From: a virus
Taxonomy: Duplodnaviria > Caudoviricetes
Length of the DNA stretch: 64,000 bases
IMG/VR virus record: IMGVR_UViG_3300025909_000005
Reading direction: 5' to 3' (one strand)
The notes under the pieces are model-generated. The model had not been told where the DNA came from. It was given only the letters and a program-made list of their open reading frames with translations, and made no database searches. Both the position numbers and the translations under genes were made by a program. Shown in pieces: positions 44,473 through 52,990 of this stretch. Positions within the stretch are counted from its first letter, which is position 1. Each line of letters begins with the position of its first letter.

Positions 44473-45374
44473 AAGTCTCAGAACTTCTTGAGGCAAGCGC
44501 CCTTGGTCGTCTCAAGGTCGACATCGACAAGCACAAGCCAGAATTCGCTGACTTCTTCGAGGATCCAACAGATGAGTCGGCTGTGGGCAAGGGCATTCGT
44601 GCAATTGCCAAGAAGTATGGTCTCACAGTCACGCTGTTCATTCGCCGAAACAAAGCTGCAATTGTCTACTCGATCAAGCTAACCTTAACCGCGGCCGCAG
44701 AAAAGGCACTGCTTGCCAAGACAGGTGCAGAGTATGGTGTGTACAGCTTGCCAGACGGTTCACCTGAGCGCGAGGAGCAGGACGCTGCTTGGGTCCGATA
44801 CGCCGCTGAATCTAACGAGATGAAGGACAAGTTCTGGAACGAGCTGCCACGTCATGCAGGTGTTTCCACGAAGCCGGACGTTTTCTTGAAGTATGAAGGA
44901 TCAAACACAGAGGGTGAGATGCGCTTCGACACAGGAGAGGTAGAGGCTGCTGCGTTTGCCGCACAGGCTGGCGGTGGTATCCTTCTCAAGGACACGGATA
45001 AGAAGATCAGCCTGGACCACATAGAGTACCACAGGCAATATGGGAATGAACCATTCCACTTGGTCTACGTTTCTGGTGACGCCTCGCAATTGAAGAAGGT
45101 CAACAAGGTGCTGAAGCGACTGAGCGAGGAAGGTCACAATGGTGATATCGCGCTGTCACCTGCAAATCAAGAGAAGGTCGCAGAGCTTGCAGGCATCACA
45201 GAGAAGACGAAGCGCTACTACCAGAACTACATGGATCACGACAACTATAACAAGCTTGTTCCCTCGGGCGTCATGATACGCGTCTTCAAGAACGGTCAGA
45301 TCCCTAAGATGTACAAGACTGGCAAGACGCTGAAGATCACAGCAGAAGACTTTCTCAAGGTATTCCCTACCTGA
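44469..45374 (+). CDS. Hypothetical protein, MKVSELLEAS tag
   Basis: ATGA overlap; tag. Confidence 0.6.
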   Translation: MKVSELLEASALGRLKVDIDKHKPEFADFFEDPTDESAVGKGIRAIAKKYGLTVTLFIRRNKAAIVYSIKLTLTAAAEKALLAKTGAEYGVYSLPDGSPEREEQDAAWVRYAAESNEMKDKFWNELPRHAGVSTKPDVFLKYEGSNTEGEMRFDTGEVEAAAFAAQAGGGILLKDTDKKISLDHIEYHRQYGNEPFHLVYVSGDASQLKKVNKVLKRLSEEGHNGDIALSPANQEKVAELAGITEKTKRYYQNYMDHDNYNKLVPSGVMIRVFKNGQIPKMYKTGKTLKITAEDFLKVFPT

Positions 45375-45383
45375 CCGGCCACA

Positions 45384-45412
45384 TAAATAGAGGATACCTA
45401 TGGGACCTCTAT
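45384..45412 (+). promoter_or_regulatory. Late promoter TAAATA plus hairpin covering the start codon
   Basis: TAAATA 45384-45389; ATAGAGG 45387-45393 / CCTCTAT 45406-45412. Confidence 0.65.
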
Positions 45413-46784
45413 GGCCGACATTACACCAATTCTCAACAGCACGGGCATCTCGCTAGAGCGCGCAGCCGCCGACAAGTTCGGTGCAGCTGTTGAAACGTTC
45501 GCTACGCAGAACCTTGGTGCTGGTTTAGCTGCCAACGCAACAGGATCCACGAACGTTCCTGTGAACCGTGGCGATGGTTCGTTCTACGCGAGCTCTTACG
45601 CCGCGTCGATCACTGCAGGCCACGACTACCGTCCAAAGCAGAAGTTCCTCTTCAAGGTCGAGTTCGTCTTCACGGCTGCTGCCATGGCAGCCTACCCTGA
45701 GGTCTTCGCAGGTGCTAAGTCAAACGACTTCACCTTCATGATCAAGGCCGTTGACCGTCCCAAGATCACGTTCGAGTACTCAGACGACCTGAACTACTAC
45801 AACTTCCGTTCCAAGGCCATCACGCGCGTTCGTCACCAAGAGCTGACGATGACGTTCATCGATGACGTTGGCAACCGCGTGCTGAACTTCTTCCGTGCGC
45901 TCATGATGATCTACCAGCCAATCACGAAGCGCCAGCTGACTCGTGAAGGCCTGACATATCAGGACCGCATCAAGGCACCGACTGGTGTCAACCTCGGTTC
46001 GGGCATGGAGTTCTCCTCGCCTGGTGATCTTGACCAGCTCGACTACTCCCACCGCGGCGTGCTTCAGCCTGGCATCTCTACCAATGACATCGGCGCGGTC
46101 ATTCAAACCATTCGCATCCACCAGATCTACACTGATCCAGGTGTGCCACTTGGTCAGACCGTCAAGGACGTCGTCTTCGACTTCATCAATGCTCGCCTTG
46201 TCTCGTTCGACCTTGAGGATCTCTCTCACGAGTCCAGCGACTTCGGCCAGATGAACATGCAGTTCGACTACGACTGGATGGAGATCGTGAACCTCGGCTC
46301 AATCAACGCGACAGCAGATGTCGGTGCCAAGGCCTCGCTGCCATCCATCGGCGGAGCACCAACCGACTTCTCACCGAACACCGGTGGTGGAGCCAGCCCA
46401 GGCAACTCGAACCCCTTCGCCAGCATCATCACGAACCAGCTTGGACGTGCTGGGCAGCAGGTCACATCCACTGCTGTTGGCAAGGCGATCACCACGATCG
46501 CAGGCAATGGCCAGTTTGCATCGCTCATCAACTCACAAGTGTCGAACCTTGCCGGTGGCATCGTCGGCCAGGCAGGTCGCAACCTTGGCACGGCCTACTC
46601 AGGCTCTGTCCTGCAGCAGGTCAGCGCAGCAGGCTCTTCTGTCTTGAACATCATTCGACCAGCCGCCTCTACTTCTAGCTCGACTCAGCAGGTCGTAGAC
46701 TCAGCAATCGTGGGACCGCAGCAGGTTGACAAGGTCGTCATCGCCGAGAGTGACGTTCTCAACACACTACCAGGATCCATCTAA
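45411..46784 (+). CDS. Tail-tube-like baseplate/tube initiator protein with low-complexity C-terminus
   Basis: PKQKFLFKVEF, IKAVDRPKI, NYYNFR, LTMTFIDDVGN, MQFDYDW. Confidence 0.7.
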   Translation: MADITPILNSTGISLERAAADKFGAAVETFATQNLGAGLAANATGSTNVPVNRGDGSFYASSYAASITAGHDYRPKQKFLFKVEFVFTAAAMAAYPEVFAGAKSNDFTFMIKAVDRPKITFEYSDDLNYYNFRSKAITRVRHQELTMTFIDDVGNRVLNFFRALMMIYQPITKRQLTREGLTYQDRIKAPTGVNLGSGMEFSSPGDLDQLDYSHRGVLQPGISTNDIGAVIQTIRIHQIYTDPGVPLGQTVKDVVFDFINARLVSFDLEDLSHESSDFGQMNMQFDYDWMEIVNLGSINATADVGAKASLPSIGGAPTDFSPNTGGGASPGNSNPFASIITNQLGRAGQQVTSTAVGKAITTIAGNGQFASLINSQVSNLAGGIVGQAGRNLGTAYSGSVLQQVSAAGSSVLNIIRPAASTSSSTQQVVDSAIVGPQQVDKVVIAESDVLNTLPGSI

Positions 46785-47245
46785 TGGCAGCAGTTCGCGG
46801 CGCAATGCGAGGACGGTTCTCACCAAAGAACCCAGGTAAGTACGTTGGCAACGTCAACAACATCCTTTTTAGAAGTTCCTGGGAACTTCGCTTCATGATC
46901 TGGCTCGACACGACTCCAGCTATTCTGCGCTGGGGCTCTGAAGAGATGGCCATCCCGTACGTGAACCCGATCAAGAGCGCCGAACGCGGCAAGGTCGTGG
47001 TCTCACAGTACTACCCTGACTTCGTCGTCATGTACAAGGACCGCCTCAACCAGATTCAGAAGGAGATCGTTGAGGTCAAGCCGTTCAAGGAATCCGTCAT
47101 GACTCCTGGCATGTCAGAGCGTGACAAGATGGCCTATGCCGTCAATCAAGCCAAGTGGAAGGCCGCAGCCACCTTCGCCGAATCTCAGGGCGCAAAGTTC
47201 CGCGTCATCACTGAGAAGACGATGTTCAAGCAAGGACGCATGTGA
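46784..47245 (+). CDS. gp4: Head completion nuclease (T4 gp4-like)
   Basis: PKNPGKYVG, FRSSWELRFM, WGSEE..IPY, YYPDF, EVKP, NQAKWKAA. Confidence 0.9.
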   Translation: MAAVRGAMRGRFSPKNPGKYVGNVNNILFRSSWELRFMIWLDTTPAILRWGSEEMAIPYVNPIKSAERGKVVVSQYYPDFVVMYKDRLNQIQKEIVEVKPFKESVMTPGMSERDKMAYAVNQAKWKAAATFAESQGAKFRVITEKTMFKQGRM

Positions 47246-47598
47246 AAATCAATGAATTGATTGAGGGACTTGCCAAGCTGCAATCCTCCTACCGAGAACT
47301 GTTCAAATTCAGCCCAGATATGTCCGATGAAAAGATTGCAGACCACCTTGATCGTGTGGGCCATCAATTTGATTTGAAGGTGTATCCGATTGAGACTTGG
47401 CGTAGCACATATGTAGCTGATGAACTTACCATTGGTGCAGCTTCTTCAGACATCGAATCAGCTGAATTCAAGAAAAAGCTGACGGACTTCGTTCGCGACG
47501 CCAATGAGGGCGCCAAGCTTTCTAAGGCAGGATTTAGTTTGCATGTAAGCGGCGTACATGCTTGGCGCCAGGCCACTGTCACAATTGAGAGGTCATGA
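47242..47598 (+). CDS. Hypothetical protein, MKINELIEG tag, lower GC
   Basis: GTGA overlap; tag. Confidence 0.55.
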   Translation: MKINELIEGLAKLQSSYRELFKFSPDMSDEKIADHLDRVGHQFDLKVYPIETWRSTYVADELTIGAASSDIESAEFKKKLTDFVRDANEGAKLSKAGFSLHVSGVHAWRQATVTIERS

Positions 47599-48086
47599 TG
47601 AACCCAAAGCCAAAGTCAGACAACCCGATGCTCAGCAACGACAAGAAGCTGACGAACCCTCTGGACGAGCTCTTCAACACAGCCCAGTCTGAGGAGGTCG
47701 TTGAGTACGAACAGGTCACTGAAGGTGAGCTCGCCGAGATGGCAGAGCCAGAGAAGCCAACGAAGGACGAGGAAGACGTTGAGATCGATGCCAAGATCGA
47801 CACTGTCTACACCGCGGCCATCGATGCCTTCAACCAGCAGACGGCCTACACCGAGATCATCGAGCCTCGCTACGCAGCTCGCAATGCTGAAGTCGCCGCA
47901 AACTACCTGAACATCGCCCTCAACGCCGCCGCCACCCGTGCCCGCGTCAAGGGAGACCGTGCTCGCACGGCGAACTTCGTACCATACGCCAACGGCGGTC
48001 GAAACACCAACAACGTCGTCGTTGCCTCTCGTGAAGAAATCATGAAGATGATCAGCGTGGATGCGGACGTGAAAGAGATCAAGTGA
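47595..48086 (+). CDS. Probable terminase small subunit (T4 gp16-like)
   Basis: Helical core ARNAEVAANYLNIALNAA; C-terminal NNVVVASREEIMKMI. Confidence 0.6.
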   Translation: MMNPKPKSDNPMLSNDKKLTNPLDELFNTAQSEEVVEYEQVTEGELAEMAEPEKPTKDEEDVEIDAKIDTVYTAAIDAFNQQTAYTEIIEPRYAARNAEVAANYLNIALNAAATRARVKGDRARTANFVPYANGGRNTNNVVVASREEIMKMISVDADVKEIK

Positions 48087-48817
48087 TCACCTTCAAGCAG
48101 TTCCTTGCTGAGGCTGAAGTTGCTGGCGTCTATGTCAAGGGCCCACTGAACGTTATCTCCTCATTGATCAAGGACAAATTCAGCCTGGACTGGAGCAAGA
48201 TCTCAATGACCTGCTTGGCAGCTCAATTCGTCTTCGCGCTTGAAGCTGCTACGGATCTTCCAGCGCAGCAGCTCGTGTGGGCTGGTGAGAGAAACTTCCC
48301 TCGCATGTCAACGAGCTCGGCCACATTTGAGCAGCTCTTCAATGCGTTCAACAACAAGCCGCTCAAGCTTCGCGATGGGCGAGTTGTTACGTTCAAGCTC
48401 TCCTCACACAGCTTCACTACTCAGCAGGCAATTGAGCACGTCAAGCAGGGCATTCCTTCTGTGATGGTTGTTAACTCTGACATGGGTGATTGGGGCGGAT
48501 ACAACTACCTGACAGGTAAGGATGAGAATCCCGACTTTGAGAAGACTGGTCAGGTTTCGACAAAACACGTTCGAAAGCATAAGATCGAGGGCGGCGGGTA
48601 CTTCCACGCCCTTCTCCTTGTAGGCTATGATGAAGAATCAAAGGAGTTAATCCTTCGAGAATCACGTAGCTCGTATGGTTTCAAGGGCTACCTCAAAATT
48701 CCGGCGAAGGCCGCTACCTTCAAGCACACGCGCTTCATTGCGACGATCGTTGATTCCTACAAGATCAAGGATCCAAAGCCATCTAAGAACGACGACCACT
48801 TTGCGCAAGCCGCATGA
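48083..48817 (+). CDS. Papain-like (C1-type) cysteine peptidase with MITFKQFLAE tag
   Basis: SMTCLAAQFVFALE, FHALLLVGYD, LILRESRSSYGFKGYLKIP. Confidence 0.65.
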   Translation: MITFKQFLAEAEVAGVYVKGPLNVISSLIKDKFSLDWSKISMTCLAAQFVFALEAATDLPAQQLVWAGERNFPRMSTSSATFEQLFNAFNNKPLKLRDGRVVTFKLSSHSFTTQQAIEHVKQGIPSVMVVNSDMGDWGGYNYLTGKDENPDFEKTGQVSTKHVRKHKIEGGGYFHALLLVGYDEESKELILRESRSSYGFKGYLKIPAKAATFKHTRFIATIVDSYKIKDPKPSKNDDHFAQAA

Positions 48818-49626
48818 TCACCTTCAAACAATACCTTCAAGAGGCGCGCTACCGGACCGACATCAGCGAGGAGCGAGCCATCGACCTCCTCAAGGCAAAC
48901 TGCAGCGACGCCTTGAAGCACATCGATACGCCTCTCATTCGTGCTTCCAAGCGAAGCAGCGAACAGGCGTACATCATGCATGGCGAGCTTGGCGAACGGC
49001 AGTCTGCGTGGTCTCGAAGCAACTTCTACACCATCACTCTGGATGAGGTCAATGGCCCACAGGGTTACCCATTGCGTTCCAAGTCGGTCATCTTCGGCAA
49101 CTGGGCAAATTGGGAGAGCATGGATCATTACGCAAAGGCAGGCGGCATGTACGCGCTGTTCCCCTACGACGGCGTCAAGATTGGTGTTACGCCTAAGTGG
49201 GACCTTTGGGAAGGGCCCGCTTTTAAAATCGGTCATGGAACTCGCAGGCGCCAATTGAACGGTTGGAACAACTTCTTCCGTGCCTTGCACCTCGATGATT
49301 CCTCATATGAGGCGTTTGTTTCATCCATTGAAACTGCCATCAAGAACGAGGATGAATGGGCTGATGAACATGAGATCAAGGACGAGGACAAGGACGAGCT
49401 TGACGAACTTGTTGAGATGTTCGACAATGGTAAGGTTGATGAACAGCTTCACCGAGCATACGACGCCAAAAACCAGGACTTTGATCTTGTTGACACGCAC
49501 CTAATTTACGACATCTCCGGCACTCATGAGTGCTGGACAAGTGGGAAGTGTATTGCGTGGCGTCTAGGAAATAGCCGTGATGATGCAGAGAGCTCCCTTG
49601 CAAACCTGAAGGAGATGCTGAAGTGA
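48814..49626 (+). CDS. Divergent ART-like paralog with MITFKQYLQE tag
   Basis: PLIRA, RSKSVIF, YALFP, SGTHECW. Confidence 0.45.
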   Translation: MITFKQYLQEARYRTDISEERAIDLLKANCSDALKHIDTPLIRASKRSSEQAYIMHGELGERQSAWSRSNFYTITLDEVNGPQGYPLRSKSVIFGNWANWESMDHYAKAGGMYALFPYDGVKIGVTPKWDLWEGPAFKIGHGTRRRQLNGWNNFFRALHLDDSSYEAFVSSIETAIKNEDEWADEHEIKDEDKDELDELVEMFDNGKVDEQLHRAYDAKNQDFDLVDTHLIYDISGTHECWTSGKCIAWRLGNSRDDAESSLANLKEMLK

Positions 49627-50000
49627 TTACCTTCAAGCAGTTTCTAGAAGGGCTGAAGGACCTGGCGAAAGATGCTGATGAGAACCCACCCATTGTGCCT
49701 GTCGTTATGCTTGACGTTCTCAAGTCTCAGGCCGAGAAAAGCAAGTACAAAATGCAGATCACCAATGCCGATCCTAAGAAGGCCGAGCTGCACTTTGAGT
49801 ATCGAGATGAGAATCACATCACTCTGATGACAAGCGTGTTCTTCTACCCTGATAGAACGTCCATGCAATGGGGACGCTGGGGCGGCGGGCACTCAGGAAA
49901 CCAGTCCTTCGATCACAGCGAGTACGGCACGCCTACCGAACTGGCGCGTGTCATCCTTCATCGACTTCACTACGTGGCAGATCTTCTGTACGGACAATGA
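49623..50000 (+). CDS. Putative internal head protein, MITFKQFLE tag
   Basis: GTGA overlap; EGLKDLAK. Confidence 0.6.
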   Translation: MITFKQFLEGLKDLAKDADENPPIVPVVMLDVLKSQAEKSKYKMQITNADPKKAELHFEYRDENHITLMTSVFFYPDRTSMQWGRWGGGHSGNQSFDHSEYGTPTELARVILHRLHYVADLLYGQ

Positions 50001-50737
50001 TCACCTTCAAACAATTCATCGATGAGAGCACCAACGACAAGGGCGTCCTCAAGGCCATCTTCGTCGTGGGTATTCCTGGTGCAGGCAAGACCTACACCAT
50101 TTCCCAAATCAACGGCCGCATCGCACCAAAGCTGGTCACGATGGACACAGCTGCTGAGTACCTGATCAAGAAGCTGGGCATCCCATCGACTGACGAGACC
50201 TGGCCAAAGATCGTCGACACAGCTCGCAAGATGACACTTGGATCCCTCTACTCCTACGTGAATGGCGTGCTGCCCCTTTTCGTCGACGGAACCCTCAACG
50301 ACATCTCAAACGTTCAGTCGCGCATCAATATTCTTGAGGACATTGGCTACGACATCGGCATGGTCTACGTGCACGCTGACCTGTACACTGCGAAGTCCCG
50401 GGCTGTAGCGCGGGCAAAGGTGAATGGTCGCCACGTCTCCGACGACTTCATTGAGAAGACGCACGCTGTCTCCGAGAAGAACAAGGAGCTGTTCATGAAC
50501 CGCTTCTCGTTCTACAAGGAGGTTGACAACAGCTCGGGCGCCATGGACAATGAGGCGCTGCTGAAGATCTACCGGGCCGCTCAGGGTTTCTACAGTGAGC
50601 CAGTAAAGAACGAACGTGGTCAAGGAGTCCTTGAGAAGCTTAAGAGCGAGAAGCAGGGCTACCTCGTACCGACGATCTATCAGAAGGAAGACCTTGCCGA
50701 AAAATTGGCTGGCTGGTACAAGGGCGGACGTAAATAA
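49997..50737 (+). CDS. Zeta-toxin/AAA_33-like P-loop kinase with MITFKQFIDE tag
   Basis: FVVGIPGAGKT, LFVDGT, GYDIGMVYV, ARAKVNGRHV. Confidence 0.75.
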   Translation: MITFKQFIDESTNDKGVLKAIFVVGIPGAGKTYTISQINGRIAPKLVTMDTAAEYLIKKLGIPSTDETWPKIVDTARKMTLGSLYSYVNGVLPLFVDGTLNDISNVQSRINILEDIGYDIGMVYVHADLYTAKSRAVARAKVNGRHVSDDFIEKTHAVSEKNKELFMNRFSFYKEVDNSSGAMDNEALLKIYRAAQGFYSEPVKNERGQGVLEKLKSEKQGYLVPTIYQKEDLAEKLAGWYKGGRK

Positions 50738-50741
50738 CACC

Positions 50742-51548
50742 ATGAAAATTGATGAACTCCTGAACCCTTTGGTTCCACAGCCCCTCCTCGAGGGCCTCAC
50801 CCTGTCCATCTATGAGGACCTGATCCAGGACCTCATGCTTGAGGACGACGCGGCTGCACCTCCTGCTGACAGTAGCCCGCCTGCTGCAACTGGTGGCACG
50901 CTTGGAACGACTGCAACCACGCCGGTCGTGGACGGCAGTGGTTCACACAGCTGCGGCCCATACGAGATTGGGCACTGGGGTGGCGGTCCAATCGGTGTTG
51001 GTCCAGTCTTCGGTGGCATGTGGTTCAATCAACTCTACGCATCTGTCAAGCAGCTCATCACCGCAAAGCGTATCAAGACACGCATGAAGCAGATTGGCAT
51101 CTCAACGAAGGGTGCTGCTCGAGTTGAGAAGGCCGCAAAGGCGGCTGCAAAGAACGTGAAGGACCTGCTGTCCAACCCACGCAGCGTTGCCTACCAGACT
51201 CCGGTTTGGACGACGCAGAAGATGCCGAAGCCGATGCTTAAGAAGTGGAATGAACACTTCGGAGAAGAGTTCCAGAAGGAGCTTGCGAAGCTGACGGTAG
51301 ACGACCTCTTTGAAGGAGTGAACGCAAACGACCTAGCCACGCAGTGGCTAGGTGTCAAGTCACTCGGTGCTGCTCAACCGGCCCTGCGTAGCGAAGAGGA
51401 GCAGTTCCTCGACCGTGGCCGTCAGGTTAAGCGCCAGGTCATTGACACGCCGATGGGAAAGACAGTCGTCATTCTCTACCAGCTCGGTGACAAGAAGATG
51501 GTCCGTCTGGAAACTGCCGATCGAAAGATGAAGTCCTACGTGGCGTAA
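50742..51548 (+). CDS. Putative internal head protein, MKIDELL tag, multiple LxE sites
   Basis: TAAATA 50731-50736, 5 nt before ATG; LLE, IYE, MLE, LFE. Confidence 0.6.
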   Translation: MKIDELLNPLVPQPLLEGLTLSIYEDLIQDLMLEDDAAAPPADSSPPAATGGTLGTTATTPVVDGSGSHSCGPYEIGHWGGGPIGVGPVFGGMWFNQLYASVKQLITAKRIKTRMKQIGISTKGAARVEKAAKAAAKNVKDLLSNPRSVAYQTPVWTTQKMPKPMLKKWNEHFGEEFQKELAKLTVDDLFEGVNANDLATQWLGVKSLGAAQPALRSEEEQFLDRGRQVKRQVIDTPMGKTVVILYQLGDKKMVRLETADRKMKSYVA

Positions 51549-51559
51549 CGAAAGCAATC

Positions 51560-51925
51560 ATGAGTTTCACTGACCTGATGTCCTACCTTCTTTACGCGGA
51601 GGTGGCGACGCAAAAGATGCACTGGAAGTCAAAGTCGTTCGCTCGCCACGTTGCGCTGGGTGACATGTACGAGGCCATGGTTGACATCGTTGACGAGCTC
51701 AATGAGATCTGGATGGGCAAGTACGGAAATGAAACTCCCATTCCTACTAAGGACTGGAACGCAGATATGACCTCCGAAAAGAGCTACATAGATCAGATGT
51801 TCGCGACCCTTGAGGCCTTCCACGGATTGGTCTTTCAGGATGGCGATGACTATATCAAGAACAAGTTCGAGGAACTACAGGCGGTCGTCGCCCGAGCGAA
51901 ATACAAGATTGATAACCTGGTGTAA
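51560..51925 (+). CDS. Ferritin/Dps-like four-helix protein (DUF5856-like)
   Basis: KMHWKSKSFARHVALGDMYE..DELNEIWMGKYG; NKFEEL..KYK. Confidence 0.65.
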   Translation: MSFTDLMSYLLYAEVATQKMHWKSKSFARHVALGDMYEAMVDIVDELNEIWMGKYGNETPIPTKDWNADMTSEKSYIDQMFATLEAFHGLVFQDGDDYIKNKFEELQAVVARAKYKIDNLV

Positions 51926-51942
51926 ATTCCACGAAAGGAACG

Positions 51943-52197
51943 ATGATGGGTATTCTGAAGAAAGTGTTGATTGCCGGTGCAGGTGCAGCGGCATCCTATT
52001 ACGCAACCAAGTGGGTCGCGCAGCTGCTTGAAGAGAAGCCGCTCGACCAACGCCTGGCCGACCTGCAAAAGATGGCGGAGGTCTACACGACCGCTGCCAA
52101 GGACGCAGGTACTGATGCAGTTGAAAAGACGATGGGCAAGAAGGACGAGCTTATCGAGGGTCTGCAAAAGTACCTGGACAGTCTGAAGAGCCAGTGA
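51943..52197 (+). CDS. Small membrane-anchored protein
   Basis: AAAGGA SD; ILKKVLIAGAGAAASYY. Confidence 0.55.
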   Translation: MMGILKKVLIAGAGAAASYYATKWVAQLLEEKPLDQRLADLQKMAEVYTTAAKDAGTDAVEKTMGKKDELIEGLQKYLDSLKSQ

Positions 52198-52313
52198 TGC
52201 TCCGCACGATCGGCAAGGTAATCGCCGGTGTGGCTGCTACGGCAGCTACGACCTACCTGGGGAAGCGCTTTCTCCAGTGGGCCGGCGTCATCAAGAAACC
52301 TCCGCAAAAGTGA
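52197..52313 (+). CDS. 38-aa amphipathic peptide (absent from ORF track)
   Basis: MLRTIGKVIAGVAATAATTYLGKRFLQWAGVIKKPPQK; overlaps both neighbours' stop/start. Confidence 0.55.
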   Translation: MLRTIGKVIAGVAATAATTYLGKRFLQWAGVIKKPPQK

Positions 52314-52990
52314 TCACCTTCAAGCAGTTCCTGAACGAAACGACGGTCGAAAAGTACTCCACGGATCTAGAAGAAATTGTGGACCTCATTCAGCAGGACT
52401 GCCAGCCATTCCTGCGCGAGGCCGGCGACTACGCGCTCTTCCGCGGGTTCAGGGGCCGACGAGGCTTGACTGATGATCACGGCCACCACATTGGGCCCAT
52501 CTACTGGCTCAAGGCAACTCCACGCACTGACCGTCGGCCACTTGACTCGTATAAGCTGGCTCATGACCTCATGGACGACTGGTTCGAGAAGAACTACGGT
52601 GTGCGCGCTCGGTCTGAGGGCGTCTTTTGCGCTCCTCGTCAGGCTCAGGCTGCTTCGTATGGGCGCGCCTTCTACGTCTTTCCAATTGGCAACTTCAAGG
52701 TTCTCTGGGCCAGCCACGATGTGGCTGGAACGAGCGGCGTCAAGGACACTGCAAGCCTCTCAGATTCCATCTACAGGTTTGCTGAGACCGTGGAGCCGGA
52801 CAAGCAGGCCGACGTTGCTGACCGCGTCATGACGAACCACAATCACTGGCATGAAGGCAACGTGAAGAAGGCAGTCCAGTCTGATGCCGAGATCACGCTC
52901 ATCTGCGACAAGTACTACGCCGTGGCCTGTGGGCCAAATGTACACTACACTGACCTCATTTCTGGAAAACAGTTGCCCCGTGAAGAGTAA
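52310..52990 (+). CDS. ART-like paralog with MITFKQFLNE tag
   Basis: LFRG, RSEGVFCAP, ASYGRAFYVFP, SDAEITLIC; GTG start. Confidence 0.5.
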   Translation: MITFKQFLNETTVEKYSTDLEEIVDLIQQDCQPFLREAGDYALFRGFRGRRGLTDDHGHHIGPIYWLKATPRTDRRPLDSYKLAHDLMDDWFEKNYGVRARSEGVFCAPRQAQAASYGRAFYVFPIGNFKVLWASHDVAGTSGVKDTASLSDSIYRFAETVEPDKQADVADRVMTNHNHWHEGNVKKAVQSDAEITLICDKYYAVACGPNVHYTDLISGKQLPREE

